Of a DNA stretch of 64,000 bases, positions 25,645-40,149 are shown piece after piece. Source of the stretch: the human T2T-CHM13v2.0 reference genome, Homo sapiens; the NCBI RefSeq assembly GCF_009914755.1, contig NC_060930.1. One strand, written 5' to 3'. Position 1 is the stretch's first letter; each line of letters opens with the position of its first letter. A model generated the notes under the pieces. That model ran no database searches. It saw nothing but the letters and a program-made list of their open reading frames with translations, and was not told the origin of the DNA. Both the position numbers and the translations under genes were made by a program.

Positions 25645-26492
25645 TTGTTCCAGGTTTAATATAACATACATTGTAATGCACTTTTAGCAAATGTAGCAGT
25701 TTCCTTGAATTTATACTCTATATTGAACTATTTTCCAATACATAAGATTTTTTAGGTAGAAATCTAGGAATTACTTATTTCATTCTGTTAGTTTAATGTG
25801 GATTGCGTTTAAATCAACACCAGTTTAATTCCGATTGTGTTGTGCATATGTAAATGAGTCATACCATTACTGGATTGAAATATACAGTAGCTTGAGTACT
25901 TTGCCTATTCATGCACCACAGAATGGTATTACAGCACATATTATATTATTTATATTCTATTGCCTTGCATTTTTTCTTTTAGGCACCTCTGATTTGAATA
26001 TAATTTTCTTTAAATTACAAAGGAATTAATTCATCTTTTGACAAATACACTTTATTCTTCCTAGATATTGATCATTTCAGTTATTCCAATTGAATTTTCA
26101 CTAAATTAACTTCAGTCTCTTGAAAGGAAGGGCCTTAGATTCTTTATAAAAGTCCAGTATAGACAATTTTTCTATTCACTAAAATATGACATTCTGCAAA
26201 TACATGTATGCTAATCTACAAAAAGAGCAAATGAATTTCCTATTTGAAAACATAAGAAACATAACAAATTTAATGAAATGCAAAAAATAAGGCTAAATAC
26301 CTTAGGGCACAAATTTAATTTATTTCAGGTTTACCCAGCAGTGCTACAATTCTATTGACGAAAGGTGAAGCTCAACTTTGAAGATACAGTTATAGTAAAT
26401 AAAATTGAGAAAAGAAAAAAAAAGCCAAGTGAAGAGGAGACAGGGTGAAAAAACGCCAGTAATTCTATGTATTTGGCTATCTCCTCATTTAT

Positions 26493-26680
26493 AGTAATGG
26501 TTCTCAAACTTAGAAATCATTTGAGGGTCATATTAAATATTCAATTACATGGGCTGTATAAACAAACATTCTGACTCAGTGTGCTATGGTGAGAGCATGG
26601 GAATCTGTGTTTTTGACAAACATACTTGGGAATTCTGATGGAGAAATTTCAATGTTACATCGGCAAAACAAATTTCTATA
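26493..26680. mobile_element. MER5-type hAT element
   Basis: 'atggttctcaaactt...ttctgactcagt...ggaatctgtgtttttgacaa...aattctgatg'. Confidence 0.65.
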
Positions 26681-27886
26681 GTTCATATATGAACTCCAAT
26701 TGAATCATATAAATTACATAAATTAGTATTCTAAGTTTCAAAAAGGTAGTAAAAGATATTCAAGAAATAATTGTCTAGCTGAATGTCAATTCTATGTGCT
26801 CGATTTGCCAAATTCTTCAGTGGAAAATAGAAGAAATAAACAAAACAAAATAAAATGAATGAGAGACAGAAAGACACTCCTTTGCTTAAAAAACAGGGTG
26901 AAACATGAAACACCTTTTTCTCATCTTAGTGACTTCTGTCTAATACTAAATCCCTTATAAATTGCAGTTGTACTGTAATTGATTTCATTCTTAGCAAAAT
27001 ATCAAATCCTCTTGGGGAAAAACAAAGAAAAGTGAGATTAGCTAAGGAAACAGGAAAAAAAATTCTATTTCAATGATTAAAATTTACGCCTCAGGAATTA
27101 AGCAAGCTTGATGCTTTCCTGGATTTACAGCATTTCATTTGTTACTGCCATTAGCTTTAACTGCTTTGGGAAAATTTAACAACAGAGCTATAGCATGGCT
27201 TACAACCATCATGAGCTTCAAAGTTTCAAGAGCATGCGAAACATTTCCTTGCAAACTCTGCTTTAATAGGATTACATGGATAACTTCCTTGAATATTTAT
27301 TTCCACTACAAATCAGGTAGGATACATTTTAATGACATATTTAAAATGTTGTCATCTTACAGCTGAAGACAATGACGTTTAGAAACGTGTACCTTTTTAA
27401 AAAATGAATTGCAAGCTTTAAAACTTTCTCAAAAATGGGAAGCTAATTCCAATATGCATAGTGTCTTCATTCAACAAATTGAAAAGCAAAATTTATGAAA
27501 TAATAGTATTGCATATCAGTTTAGCAAAGAATTTGGAAAAATGAGATTAAACACAATCATATAAGCATAAAGCTAAAGTAGCCTTCCCAATATTTCACAA
27601 TATTTGCTATGAAACATTTTTCACTTCTGAAATGGCAATTATGATATACAGTAGGAATGGTATCTCTCTCAGTTCTCATGCATAAAAAATAAACTGCCAA
27701 TGCATAATTAATGCAAATAATGAAATTGGAACAAGATCCCAGGTCTTGTTCAGATTAATGCCAATTGCCTGAATTGTACATGTTCTAATAATTTATATCA
27801 GATTTTGACTGAATTTCTTTAATATTTTCCTACTTAAACATTTTTAATGTAAAAAATGATGACATGTTTTAAATGTAGGCAATTTA

Positions 27887-27889
<3 letters not shown>

Positions 27890-27924
<35 letters not shown>

Positions 27925-27935
27925 TGTGTGTGTGT
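27890..27935. repeat. (TG)n microsatellite
   Basis: Direct reading. Confidence 0.95.
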
Positions 27936-28489
27936 AATTTTAAAGTCTGAAAACTTGCTGGAGTTTACAATCAGCCTGGAGGTGACTTGAATAAAGTTGT
28001 TAACTAATGAAAAAGGTAGTTCTTAATGTGAATCTGCATATGCTCATCACTCTCCTGAAGGACATTTATTCAATTTGAGTTTCAAAGCTAATTGGAAGTC
28101 ATGGTAGGTTGATAAATATTGGAAATAAGGCTAATATTGCCATAGCATTTATTACTATTTCATTAATTTTGTAGTGAAGAAATATCTGAACATTCTTTCT
28201 CTGTAAATAGTACATTTCTCATTACATGAGTGAACCACAATATTTTTGGAAAATTGGTCAGTATTTGAATAGCATCCTCATGACTTTATAATTAAAATCT
28301 TGCTCATAATTAAAAATGGAACAACCATTATTCAAAAATTGTTAAGAGTTATTCTAACAAAATAGAATAAAGTATTTTTAAAAATAGAACTGTAGTTTAT
28401 AATGCATATTTTTACTTTTTCTTTTTACTAAATTTGACTTCTAAAATACATATTTATTCATTTATTTAACCACTGTTTAAGTGCTCACT

Positions 28490-28913
28490 TGTATTAGTCA
28501 GCTTTGTTGCTAAACGAACAAGCCAAACTCTCAGCGTTTTATAATAATATTTATTCCCTGCCTCAGTATGTGTTGGTGACCGTAGATTATCTGTAACTAC
28601 TGTGGCTCTGATTCATTCAGGTTGACTGTGCCCCACAATTCTCCCATTTTAACACCAAGGCTAAAAGGACCACTTAGGACATGCCCCTTCTTTTGGCAGT
28701 GGGAATTAGCAAGAGATTAAGAAAACTCTTCAATCACATTTCAAGCTTCTCCTCAGATGGGATGGATGTATGTCAAACTGACTTATATTTCATCAAGGAA
28801 AATATGTCAGAAATTAAGCCAATACTGAAAGAATGTGATATGTACTCCTGAGGTGGGGGGGTAGGATAAAGACATGTGGATGTGTATTTGCAAACACTAA
28901 TCAATCTACCATA
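28490..28913 (-). mobile_element. MLT1 solo LTR
   Basis: tgtattagtcagc...aatctaccata termini; 5-bp TSD TCACT (28485-28489, 28914-28918). Confidence 0.75.
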
Positions 28914-31269
28914 TCACTGTGGGGTCTTTTACATGGCCATTTCCCTAAAGAGCATTTCAGTGTAGAATAGTTGGTTTCCAAGCAGACATGTATTATTCGA
29001 AAAAGCCTCCATTTAGATTCATCCTATCATACTATTTGTATTCTGGACATGTTTATTTGAGAAAAATTTAAATCTTATTTCTGTCTGTGATTTTATTTAA
29101 GCTATATATTCTACCAAATTCCCCATTGCAAATGCTTTCTGTTACTGATTCAGATTGTATTTTCATAAATTATTCTAATTCTATACATGGAGACAACTCA
29201 AATTTAAAATCTTAATCAGAGAAAAATCAAAGCTGATTTATGAGAATGAAAACTTATGCGTTGTCACAACATTAGGGGAAGGCTGAGAGACATTAGATCA
29301 CTCCTAACTCTGAGTCTCTTTTTGCTGCTCCAGGATGAGATACTTTGCTGCCTTCAGGCCAACTATTGCATCCCACCTCACCCACACCAGACAGCTTGAA
29401 CAGAACCTTTTCAGACTTCCTTCAAGGGGTAGTCTGGTTAAGCTAATCACAATTCTGTGTGTTGGCATCCAGGTAGAGCTACAAGTAATAACACTTTGTC
29501 TAGGGTCATTAATTGTAAGGGGATCTGATAACTTTAATGTAATGAAATAAATCATTGTTTACTCATTAGAGATTACTGCTGATACTTTTTACGAGGAAAT
29601 GAGAAACCAGGATTCCACCAGAGCTTCTGTTTCCAACATGGGTCCAAATCAACATAATCATGTCCAACTCCACCTGATAAACCCTGCTTCATTCTCCCTT
29701 GTTCCTTGATGAGTCCACACTTCTGCTTCTTAGTGTGTTTATTCCATTTAAATTATCAAGATTACACCCATGTCTCTTGCTTTATCTTATTTAAATTAAT
29801 GAAATCCTAGATGTAATTGAAAGATATGTTATCCATTAAATCTGATGAACATCAATTTAATAAAAGGAATATTTCAACCCCTTCTCTGGGTTACAAACTC
29901 AGCTAGTAACTATTGTCCTCTATTTTGGCTTGTGTAAAGATCTTGATATTGGTGACTCAATCACCCATTGATGTAAGAAATTCTCCCTCTACTCTTTTTC
30001 AAAGTTGTCAAGGCTGGCTCTCACAGACAGGACACAGTCATGGGACAGGGATTTGTACCAAATTCTACATGCATAAACTTTAATGACGCCAAGTAGACTT
30101 GCCAGAGTCTCACAGATTACCAAGAAATTTAGATTATCAAATTATGTTAGTTACGGATTGCTCATTCTTTCAAATTCATTTTGTTAACTTATTCAAATAT
30201 GTCTCTAACTGCCACATAGATAATTTTTTTATCTTAATTTTTTGTCTCTCTCTCTCTCCATACATTATAAGTATATTCATAAAACATACAATTATATATA
30301 TTTTTGTTTTTCACAACTTAAAATTATCAATAATATCCACTTTATTTAAGTTGATGGTCATCAAGTATCTGAAATAAAATTTCACACCATGAAATTGATT
30401 TTTTTAATTTTAGAGGATAAATTATCATTTTCACAAAAATGTCACCAAATATTGTATTTTTGTTTTATTTTATTATGTCTTTCTAAACAGTTAAAAGGAC
30501 TTAACAAAAGTGCTTAATACTTGACAAAAATCTTAAAAATTAATTAATGCAATGGAAACATAAATGTCATACTGACTCCTTTGAAATGTATTAAGGTTAA
30601 ATATATTTCTTATATCAAATTATCAAAGAAAAGCCAATTTAAACAATAAAATAATTTTCCAGACTTCCTTCATGGCTAAAGAGGATGTTTCATCTGCCTT
30701 TAGCCAGCTTCAGGAGTTGCCCTCATTTCTTGCAAACACAGAGACACAAGGAGAAAAATATTGATTTCTATATTATAGAGTCTAGTTTTATCTGCCCCTA
30801 ACCCAGGCCAGCAGGGTATTTTAGATATGATAGCTGTGGGAACACAGCTGTTCAAAGCTCAACCTTAGGGCTCCTTATGAAGGACTTTTAGGTAGCACTT
30901 CTTGCAACTATGTTTTACTAACACCCCTGAAACAAAGTCCAAGGCACTGACCCCACCAACAAAAAGTTAAACCTTTGTAGACTGAAATCTACTATCTGTT
31001 TGTCTCTATCCTACTCCATTTCTCCCACAATAGTGGGAATCCAAGTTTCAAGAGGTTGTGCTGTTTCTCATTCAACCATCAGAGCTCCATATGGTGCTAC
31101 AGGGGATAACCAGGTGATATAGCCAGGTCTGGATCATGAAGCCTTTTAATCTTCCTTGGGAGGAATATGAAGACTCATTCTTAAAAGCCCTATAGTTGGA
31201 TCTCTTTTTCCTTCATTCTGTGTCAGTCAGTCACCATTCTCTAAAAATTGTTGAATGTTTCCTCCAAGC

Positions 31270-31848
31270 TGTACTAGTTTTCTATTGTTGAATAGCAAAT
31301 TACCACAAATTTAGCAGCCTATATTGGCATTCATTTATTATCTCAATATGTTTCTATTGGCAGTGAAGCTTTTGTTCAGAGACGTATACACTGAAATCGA
31401 GATGTTCACCAGGGCTGCAACTTCATCTGGAGCTTGGCATCGTCTTCCAAGACTATACAGGTTGTTAACAAAAATCAGTTACTTATGATTGTAGGATGGA
31501 GTCTGTATTTGGTTTTGTTTTGCTGGATGTTTGCTGGGGATAACTCTGTTTAGAAGCCATTAGATGGTTGCCTCCATGGGCAGTTCACAACATGACTCTT
31601 GTTTTCTTCTAGGCCAGCAGGAGAGCATCCCTCTGATACTTTACCTTCTTTAAAAATGCTCATCTAGTTAAGTTAGTCCCGCCAGGATAATCTCTCTTGA
31701 GAGTGACTCAAGCCCAACTTACGATTAGCCAAATTATGAGTGTGCTTTCCCAGCATATTCATGGGTAACTACCAACATTGAGAAGAGGAGGTTATACAAA
31801 TCAGGGAGCAGAAATCTTGGAGGCCATACTGGAATTCTGGCCACTGCA
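31270..31848 (-). mobile_element. MLT1 (D/E/F-like) LTR
   Basis: 'tgtactagttttctattg...aaattaccacaaatttagcagc' to 'ggccatactggaattctggccactgca'. Confidence 0.8.
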
Positions 31849-32059
31849 TTATATACCCTTTGTCTGAATCAATTATTTTATTGGAATTTGCCTGTTTTGT
31901 TTTGTATTAACACACAAATTGTTACTATATCACTACATGGAAGGTTACATTACACCAAAATACTATTAAAGAAAATCCCTAGGTGATGAAATTTGGGGGA
32001 AGTATTGCCATTTTCATTGTACTTGTTTATTTTATAGACTTTAATTTTGAGCTTTTATT

Positions 32060-32208
32060 AGCAGTTGCTGGTAAATAATTAACACTTTGCTTCTCAAAAC
32101 CCAAACCTCTGATTTGCAGCGTTTGTTGATTTCTGTGGTGTAAATACTCCCACCATGGCCAATTCCAGGCCACCAGTATGATGTTACTGAATGCACAGTT
32201 AGCAGGAA
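32060..32208. mobile_element. MER63 (hAT-Blackjack) fragment
   Basis: 'ggtgtaaatactcccaccatggccaatt...actgaatgcacagtt'. Confidence 0.7.
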
Positions 32209-32451
<243 letters not shown>

Positions 32452-33891
32452 TCAAATAAGTAATACTAGTTTTTACATATATTCTACTTGAAAGACAATA
32501 GATTTTTACATAATTGATTATATTGACTCTTGATTGAGGCAGCTTAAATGCACAGCAATTAACAGTTCAATCATAAGATTCTCCTGAGAACTCAAACCCC
32601 TTGTAGTCATCTAGTACACTTAAGAAAAAGTCTAAGCTCTCTGAAAGTCAAAGAAAAATTTTTTTAAACTCAATACAATCATAGAAATACTATTTTAAAA
32701 CATTAAATATTTTTACTTTTATTAAAGATTATTATTTTAAAAATCACAATAGTGTCATAACATATGAAAACAGAAAAACTGAGGCTAAAAACAAGTATAA
32801 AATATATACAATTTGAGATCATTTTAATAAGCACATAAAGCTAATAATTAAGATAATGGTGAGTTTGGTACTGAAAGATATAAAAAATTATAAACAATGG
32901 GACAAATGTTCAGCTGCTTTTTAGGAAAGATTTTTAAAACATGGAAGGAAATTATTAACAGTAAAAGGCAAGTTGCAGTTTTATTGAATTCACCAAATGC
33001 ATTATATCAATCTTCTGCTAATATGTCAGATTTACTTTAGTAAGAGTAGAATATTCCATTGATGTGAAGACAGATACAGAATCAAAGAGTAGGTCTCTAC
33101 TCCTAAGTAGAGACATTATCAAATCCCTGAAGTAGAGGCTCAGCTATGTGTAATCATTTGTAAATTAAAAAGAGGTAAATTTCAGGAAATGATAAGATCA
33201 AATATTCCTCCCTAAAGGGTAAACAAGTTTACAGAACTGTGACTGGCATACTCAGTATTGTTTCCAGGAATGGAAGCATAATCAGTCATTATATTCAAAG
33301 CACTCTAGACTAAAACTTGGTGCAATCTATAAACAGGAAGTGATTTGGGGAAATGTGGATAAACAAGTGTCCAAAAATGAATAATGAGAATGTCAAGTCA
33401 GGAGGGACTAAGAAAAAAACTACTCATCAGGGATATGACTGGAGAAAAAAGACAACATTTCAGAAAAGTGTTGGGTTATTCAAACCCTTTATAATTCATG
33501 GGGAAAATGGTCTGCTTGAATCAGATTAATATTCACTAAAGTGTATATAAATTTCTAAGGTTTTGAAACTGAACTTGAGGATGTGCTTCCAGTCAAGACT
33601 TTTTTCAAATCATTGAAGCTACGGGTGCTGTGACAAATCTCTGGTCACTCACAACTGGGAAGAAAGTTCTTGTCAGTTACTGGAAGACAGTCAGTTCGGC
33701 AGCCTTGTAACAACAGCACAAAATGCTCACAGTGTTGCCTCTTATAAAGATTATTCACTGGCATAAACTCAAGGTCATCTCTGAGTTTTATTTACCTCGA
33801 CCAAACCCTCTCCAATTTCCTAATTTGTAAATTAAGATTATGTCAGCATCTCCCTATTATAGATTCCATTTTGTCACAGGAAAACAGAATA

Positions 33892-34438
33892 CAGTAGCTG
33901 CCCCTTATCCACAGGAGGTACATTCCAATATCCCCAGTGGATGACTGAAACCATGGATAGTACCAAACCCTATGTATACTATGCTTTTTTCCTTATATAT
34001 ACATACCTATGATAAACTTTCATTTATAAATTAGGCACAGAAGAGATTAACAACAATAACTCATATTAAAATATAACAATGATAACAATATGACAGCATT
34101 CCTATTCTTGCACTATGAAGCCATTATTAGATAAAATAAGGGTTACTTGAACACAAGCACTGTGATATAGTGATAGTCCATCTTATAACCTAGACAACTA
34201 TTAATATTAAGTGACTAGTGAGCAGTGAGTATCTAGGGCATGGATACACTGGAAAAGGAGGATTCATGTCCTGGAACACAGCAGGACAGCACAAAATGTC
34301 ATCATACTCCTCAAAACTGTGTGTAATTTAAAATATATAGTTTATTTCTGGAATTTTTCATTTAATATTTTTAGACCGTGGTCGGCCCCACATAATCAAT
34401 ATCATGGAAATCTAAACTGCGAATAAGGTAGGAATACT
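33892..34438. mobile_element. MER44 (TcMar-Tigger) DNA transposon
   Basis: TA + 'cagtagctgccccttatccac...gaaaccatggatagtaccaaaccc'; right TIR 'gcgaataaggtaggaatact'. Confidence 0.85.
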
Positions 34439-34954
34439 AAACACATCCCAGGACTTTAGCTCGTTGGTCTAGCATCAGTTTAGTTTCATTGCTGGTAACT
34501 TGTAGATCATTTATTGCCTGCCTTTTTCTTTAGCCAAATTCTTATTTTAGTGAGTAAATCCCAGCCATGTCCTCTTAGGCCTAGCCACTATTTTTGTACC
34601 AGGAAAAGTATCCTGTCTCTGAAAACCAGCACCCATTTTTGCATTTTCTTTTCTGAAAATCCTGGAAGCTGTGCACTGAATGCTTTCTGTGAATATTTTT
34701 GAAGACACTTTCTGTTTATATTGCTCATCTAATTGTACTTTTTATATTATTCATTATTGAAGCATCCTTTCTCAGCTTCTGCAGGTTTATATGGCCTTAA
34801 CATACCATTTTGTTCTTGGTCTAGCATAATCATGAATTAGTAGTACATTACATTTTTCTTTATTCATTTCCTTCCACAAATTCTACAAACAAACGTGGTA
34901 TTCAACATAGTGGTTGGGTTAGATTCACATATGCTCTTCACAGAAGATGAAAAG

Positions 34955-35291
<337 letters not shown>

Positions 35292-37422
35292 CTAAGCTCC
35301 TTTTAATGCAGGCTCCTATTTCAGAGCCAAAAGTTGATCTAAAGACTTGAAGTAATCTTAGGATGACAGGTGTAAGACAGAGACCGTATGGCAAAGAAAA
35401 ATATATTAGAAGTATCCTTCTTGCATTTCAACAATTTAATCCCAATGATGTTAACACTGAGCAAAATCCTAAAGTTGGCAAATTTATGTTTGGCTTGCTT
35501 CTACTGCTGTTTCACAAGCTCTCAGTTCTCAAGATAAATGCTGCTCACAAAGTACGTCTATGTCTTATTCCTTTAATATAAGGCTCTCAACTGCAGAGAA
35601 TAGGAATCCCAGTTGAATAGCATTCTACCATGGAATCCTGAGGGGTACCTGAATAAAAGGTGAAGAAACGTTCAAGCCTAAGGACTGGATGAGCCCCTCT
35701 CCTTTTGCTGTTATTCACTTACCTATTCTATTGGTTATCTCTGGTCAATTGTCTATGAGGGCAGGATCTGTGTCTATCTTGTTCACCACTTTATCACCAA
35801 TCCCTCTATAATATATGACCTACAGACTGGGGTACAAAGGAATATGAAGTCTAAGAAGTTACCTAGCCTTGTTCACAAAAATTTTGAAAATTCTTTATGT
35901 CATGAGTAATGAAAATAAATGTAATACCCATTAAAGTCGAGCATGAGATCTGAAAAAAAGACTTTTTGTAACAAACTTCAGCAGAGCTTGATGCAAAGAG
36001 AGGAATAAAATAAGGTATTTGATAAAGTGTTAGTTTCATTTTTAGAGAAAATATTTTATTTTCAGGTCACAAACAGAATGAGAACTATAAAGTCTTCATG
36101 TGGTTAGAAAACAGCCAGAGAATTAGAACATTACTAAACTCTGCAGGATAACAAATGATAACCCTGAGGATATAACTAAATGTGAATAAACAATACCTCA
36201 GACAACCTTTACAGTGACACACAACATAAAAGGAAGCTAAGATTATATTTAATGCATATTTATGAAAATTTCATAGGAATGTATGACATGGGTAATTAAA
36301 TTTAATGAATGTTTATCTGCCACTCTTTAGCAAATCCAAAATTGATAGAACAAACATAGTGGGCAACTAAGAAAGGTCTTGTTTAGCAACAGAGAAAAAG
36401 AAATTAGGATAAGATTATACTTGGAGAACATAAACTTGTGTTTTGAGGCCCACTACAAAGTTTATGAGCTGAAGAGATAATATCATCGGATGGATTTTAA
36501 ATTGTTTGACTTAAGAGACAAATAAAGACCTTAAATTGTTTGTTGTGCTTGGTACTGCCTATGCCTTTGGAAAAGAGAGATCAATAAAAGAAGCAAACAA
36601 CCAGGGAAAGAATCAGTGGGGTTGTTAAGAAATGTAAGTTGAAAGTTAGTGACAGATAAAGTTGATAGTGCTGTATAAAAGCAAGGAAAAAATTCAGCTT
36701 CCACATTTACTATGTTCACACATGTGGAAGTCTTAAAAATACTGTGGGATATTTTCTGTGCAGCATCCCTAATCTTTTTAAAAAGACAATTGAATAAAAT
36801 TATACGATATTAAAATGGTTTAGTTATGATAACTGTAAATGTTGAAAGAGACTATCAGTGCAATGTCTGGTTCACCACCATCAACATCCATAAAAGAATA
36901 ATGAGCTCAAGATCCCTCTCCAACTGGCTTCAGATCTGCAGCTGAAACATTGTTCTTGTTATGGCTGGCAGCTGATTGTAGCTGCTGATTGCTAAAGATT
37001 CCCATAAGAAAACTGGTGCCTGATGCCCTGGTGGATTCCCAGGAATCATGAATGCCAAGAACATTTTGATTCTGCAGAGGGAAAAGAGTGAAAAATGAAT
37101 TGTAAAATATCCTACTCGTAGTGAACAAAGTCAAATGACTCAAACTCTCATATGAACTGTTGATCTGAACCACCCAATAAGGCAGAAATCAGGTAAAGAT
37201 ACGAACTTTCCTAAAAGTACTATCAAAAATATTAAAAATAAACCTTCTATCTAACTTCAAGAGAATTGAAACTATCTTTCCTTTTAATAAAAATGAAAAT
37301 TGTTTAGCTTTCTGGTGTCTATTCTCAAGATTTCCAATGCTTCTGCTCATATTTATTTTGCTCTCAATGTTTTACAAAAGCAGCTCTCCTTCAGGTTTAC
37401 TCCACGTTACTCCGGTAGACAA

Positions 37423-37712
37423 TTTTTTGTTTTAGACAGTTTCACTATTGTCACCCAGGCTGGTGTGCAAGGTGCAGTCTCGGTTCACCGCAAACTTTGC
37501 CTCCCAGGTTCTAGTGATTCTTCTCCCTCAGCCTCCCAAGTAGCTGGGATTGCAGGCACCCTCCACCATGCCTGGCTAATTTTTGCATTTTTAGTAGAGA
37601 GGGGGTTTCACCATATTGGCCAGGCTGGCTGCACACTCCAGACCTCAGATGATCCACCCTCCTCGGCCTTCCAAAGTGTTAGGATAACAGGCGTTGAGCC
37701 ACTGTGCCCTGC
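37423..37712 (-). mobile_element. Alu (AluS)
   Basis: Full length; TSD acaatttttt. Confidence 0.93.
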
Positions 37713-37739
37713 AACAATTTTTTTTAATATGATGGCCAT

Positions 37740-39290
37740 ATTTGCCACAATTGAGCACTCATTTTTTCATGAAACACTTCCTTAGCGTGGCTGCAGGAAT
37801 ATTCATCAGCCTCTCTTGTTTATTCTCACGGGCCAGTCATCCTCAGACTCCTTCACTGGCTTCGCAACTCTTTGGCTTCAAATATTGGAGAACGTCAAGG
37901 CTTAGTCCTTGGAAATATTCTATTTACACACAAGTCTAAGGTTATTCCATTCAGTCATATGCCATTAAAAATCATCTGTGTTCTGATCATTCACAAAATA
38001 TGTATCTCTAGACTGCTTTCCTGAACTCTAGGTTTCTGTGACCAATCGCTTAATCTGCTTTATGTCTCAAATTTAGTATCTTTAAATCTGAACTTGAATC
38101 CTGCTCTGTCCACAGTCTTTCCTATCTTAGCAAATAGTTCCATCTTTCAATTGCTCAGGTTACGGACCCTAATGCTATCTTTTACCCCTCTCTTTCTCTT
38201 AAAACCCACATCTGACCCATCAGGCAAACCTTCAAAATATACCCAGGATCACCATCACCTACTGTGTGATACCGTGGCCCATGTTCCTATTGTCTCCTGC
38301 CTGAACTATACCGCATCTTGTAACAAGTTTCCCTGCTTCTGCCTTCATCTTTCTACAACCAGAATAGCTCCTAATATGGTTTGGGTCTGTGTCCCTATCC
38401 AAGCCTCATGTCAAATTATAATCCCCAGTGTTGGAACAGGGGCCTGGTGGGAGGTGATTGGATCATGAGGGCAGATTTTATGTTAGCTGTTCTCACCACA
38501 GTGAGAGAGTTCCCACAAGATCTGGTTGTTTATAAAAGTGTGTAACACTTTCCCCTTCTCTCTTTTCCTCCTTCTCTAGTCATGTAAGATGTGCCTCCTT
38601 CCTCTTCACCATCTGCCATGATTGTAAATGTCCTGAGGCCTCCTCAGCCATACAGCCTGTGGAACTGTGAGCCAATTAAGCCTCTTTTCTTTATAAATTG
38701 CCCAGTCTCAGGTAGTTCTTTATAGCAATGTAACAACGGACGAATACAGCTCCTGTTTTAAATGTTCCAGTTATACTCTTTCTTTGATCAAGCCTCACAG
38801 GTCTTTCTTTCTGATGCAGGGTAGAATATAAAGCCCGTATAATACAGTTTGGCCTCATATTCTACAACTTTGCCCTTTGACTGCTTGGCTTTTGAGTTGC
38901 GTAGGACACATTACTATTTCCCAAATGCTCCAAAGTCAGGAATTACACACCAGATTTTCCATCTACCCAAAATATTTTTTCCAAGATATTTACATGGCCT
39001 GGATCCCCTAGTTCTTAGGTTTCAGCTCGGAGAGGCCTTTTCTTTTTATTATTTGTAAAATACCACATTCATTATATTTACAAACATCTAATGGCCTGTG
39101 TATTCATATATTTCTTTCTTTCTTGGTTCTCACATCAACATTAAAGTCTGGGAGGACAAAATGTTTTTGTTGGTCTCCCTTATTGTTTTCACTGGTATTC
39201 CTAGGACCAAGGACAGTGCCTAATAAATAATACATTCTATGAGAGTGTGTATTCAATGCACGAATGAATGCACGCATCAATAAACGAATA
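37740..39290 (+). mobile_element. L2, interrupted by MSTA
   Basis: Pyrimidine-rich L2 body; 3' end 'acagtgcctaataaataa...gaatgaatgc'. Confidence 0.75.
38372..38748 (+). mobile_element. MSTA solo LTR (MaLR)
   Basis: taatatggtttgg...ggacgaataca; TSD GCTCC (38367-38371, 38749-38753). Confidence 0.92.
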
Positions 39291-39349
39291 TCTACTCAGC
39301 ACAAGGGTGAAAATGCCCTCTTTATCTCTTCTTTTTTGTTTTATACTAA

Positions 39350-39715
39350 CAACTTTTTAAAATTAAAAATTAAAATATTATTTTGTTAAATGTTTAATTC
39401 ATACAAAAGAAAAAAACATAAAGAATAATCAAATACTAGTTTGACTTGTAGTCGGAGAAGTATTAGACATCATCTTTATTCTTAAAGTAACTTGTGATCC
39501 CTTTCTGAATTAAATTTCCCTCCTTAAACTTAAAAATAACTACTATTCTGACTTATGAGATTGTCATTTCTTGCTTTTTTTCCTCATATTTAATATATAT
39601 GGATGAGCTCCTAAACAAAATATTAGAGTTTTCATTTTGTGTACTTATGTAAATTAAATTTCATAATATGCATTTTTGCAATTTGCCTTATTACACTTAA
39701 CAAGTTTTAAAGATT
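39350..39715 (-). mobile_element. L1ME 3' fragment
   Basis: 'aataactactattctgactt', 'tatgcatttttgcaatttgcctt'. Confidence 0.55.
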
Positions 39716-40088
39716 TGTTACGGTTTGGATGTGTGTCCCCTCCACATCCTATACTGAAATGTAACCTCCCATGTTGTAGGTTGGTCTAGCGGGAGGCATT
39801 TGGGTCATGGGGGTGGATCCATTATGAATGGCTTGGTGTTCTCCCCATGGTAATGAGTTAATACGAGATGGCAAGATCTGATTTTTAAAAATAGTCCGGG
39901 AACTCCCCCTTTCTCCCTTGCTCCCTCTCTCACCATGTGACATGCCTGCTCCCCCTTTGCTTTCCACCGTAATTAAAAACTTCCTAAGACCTCACCAGAA
40001 GCTGAGCAGATGTGGGTGCCATGCTTGTACAGCCTGCAGAACCACAAGCCAAATAAACATCTTTTGCAACACAAAATGGACTAACACA
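39716..40088 (+). mobile_element. MSTB-like solo LTR
   Basis: tgttacggtttggatg...caaaatggactaacaca; short deletion after 'aaataaac'. Confidence 0.88.
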
Positions 40089-40149
40089 CTGTTCATGTGT
40101 TCAAATATTTCTCTTCTTCTTTTTCATACACCATTCTTCACTTTTAGAT

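Noticed and set aside
33350-33760. Exon-like, higher-complexity stretch
   Set aside because: No sustained ORF or splice pair; weakly resembles decayed CR1/L3 ORF2, too uncertain to annotate
37300-37785. Longest ORF in the window (161 aa) and similar ORFs at 48241-48503, 49588-50008, 54460-55366
   Set aside because: Read-through of Alu sequence; no independent coding evidence
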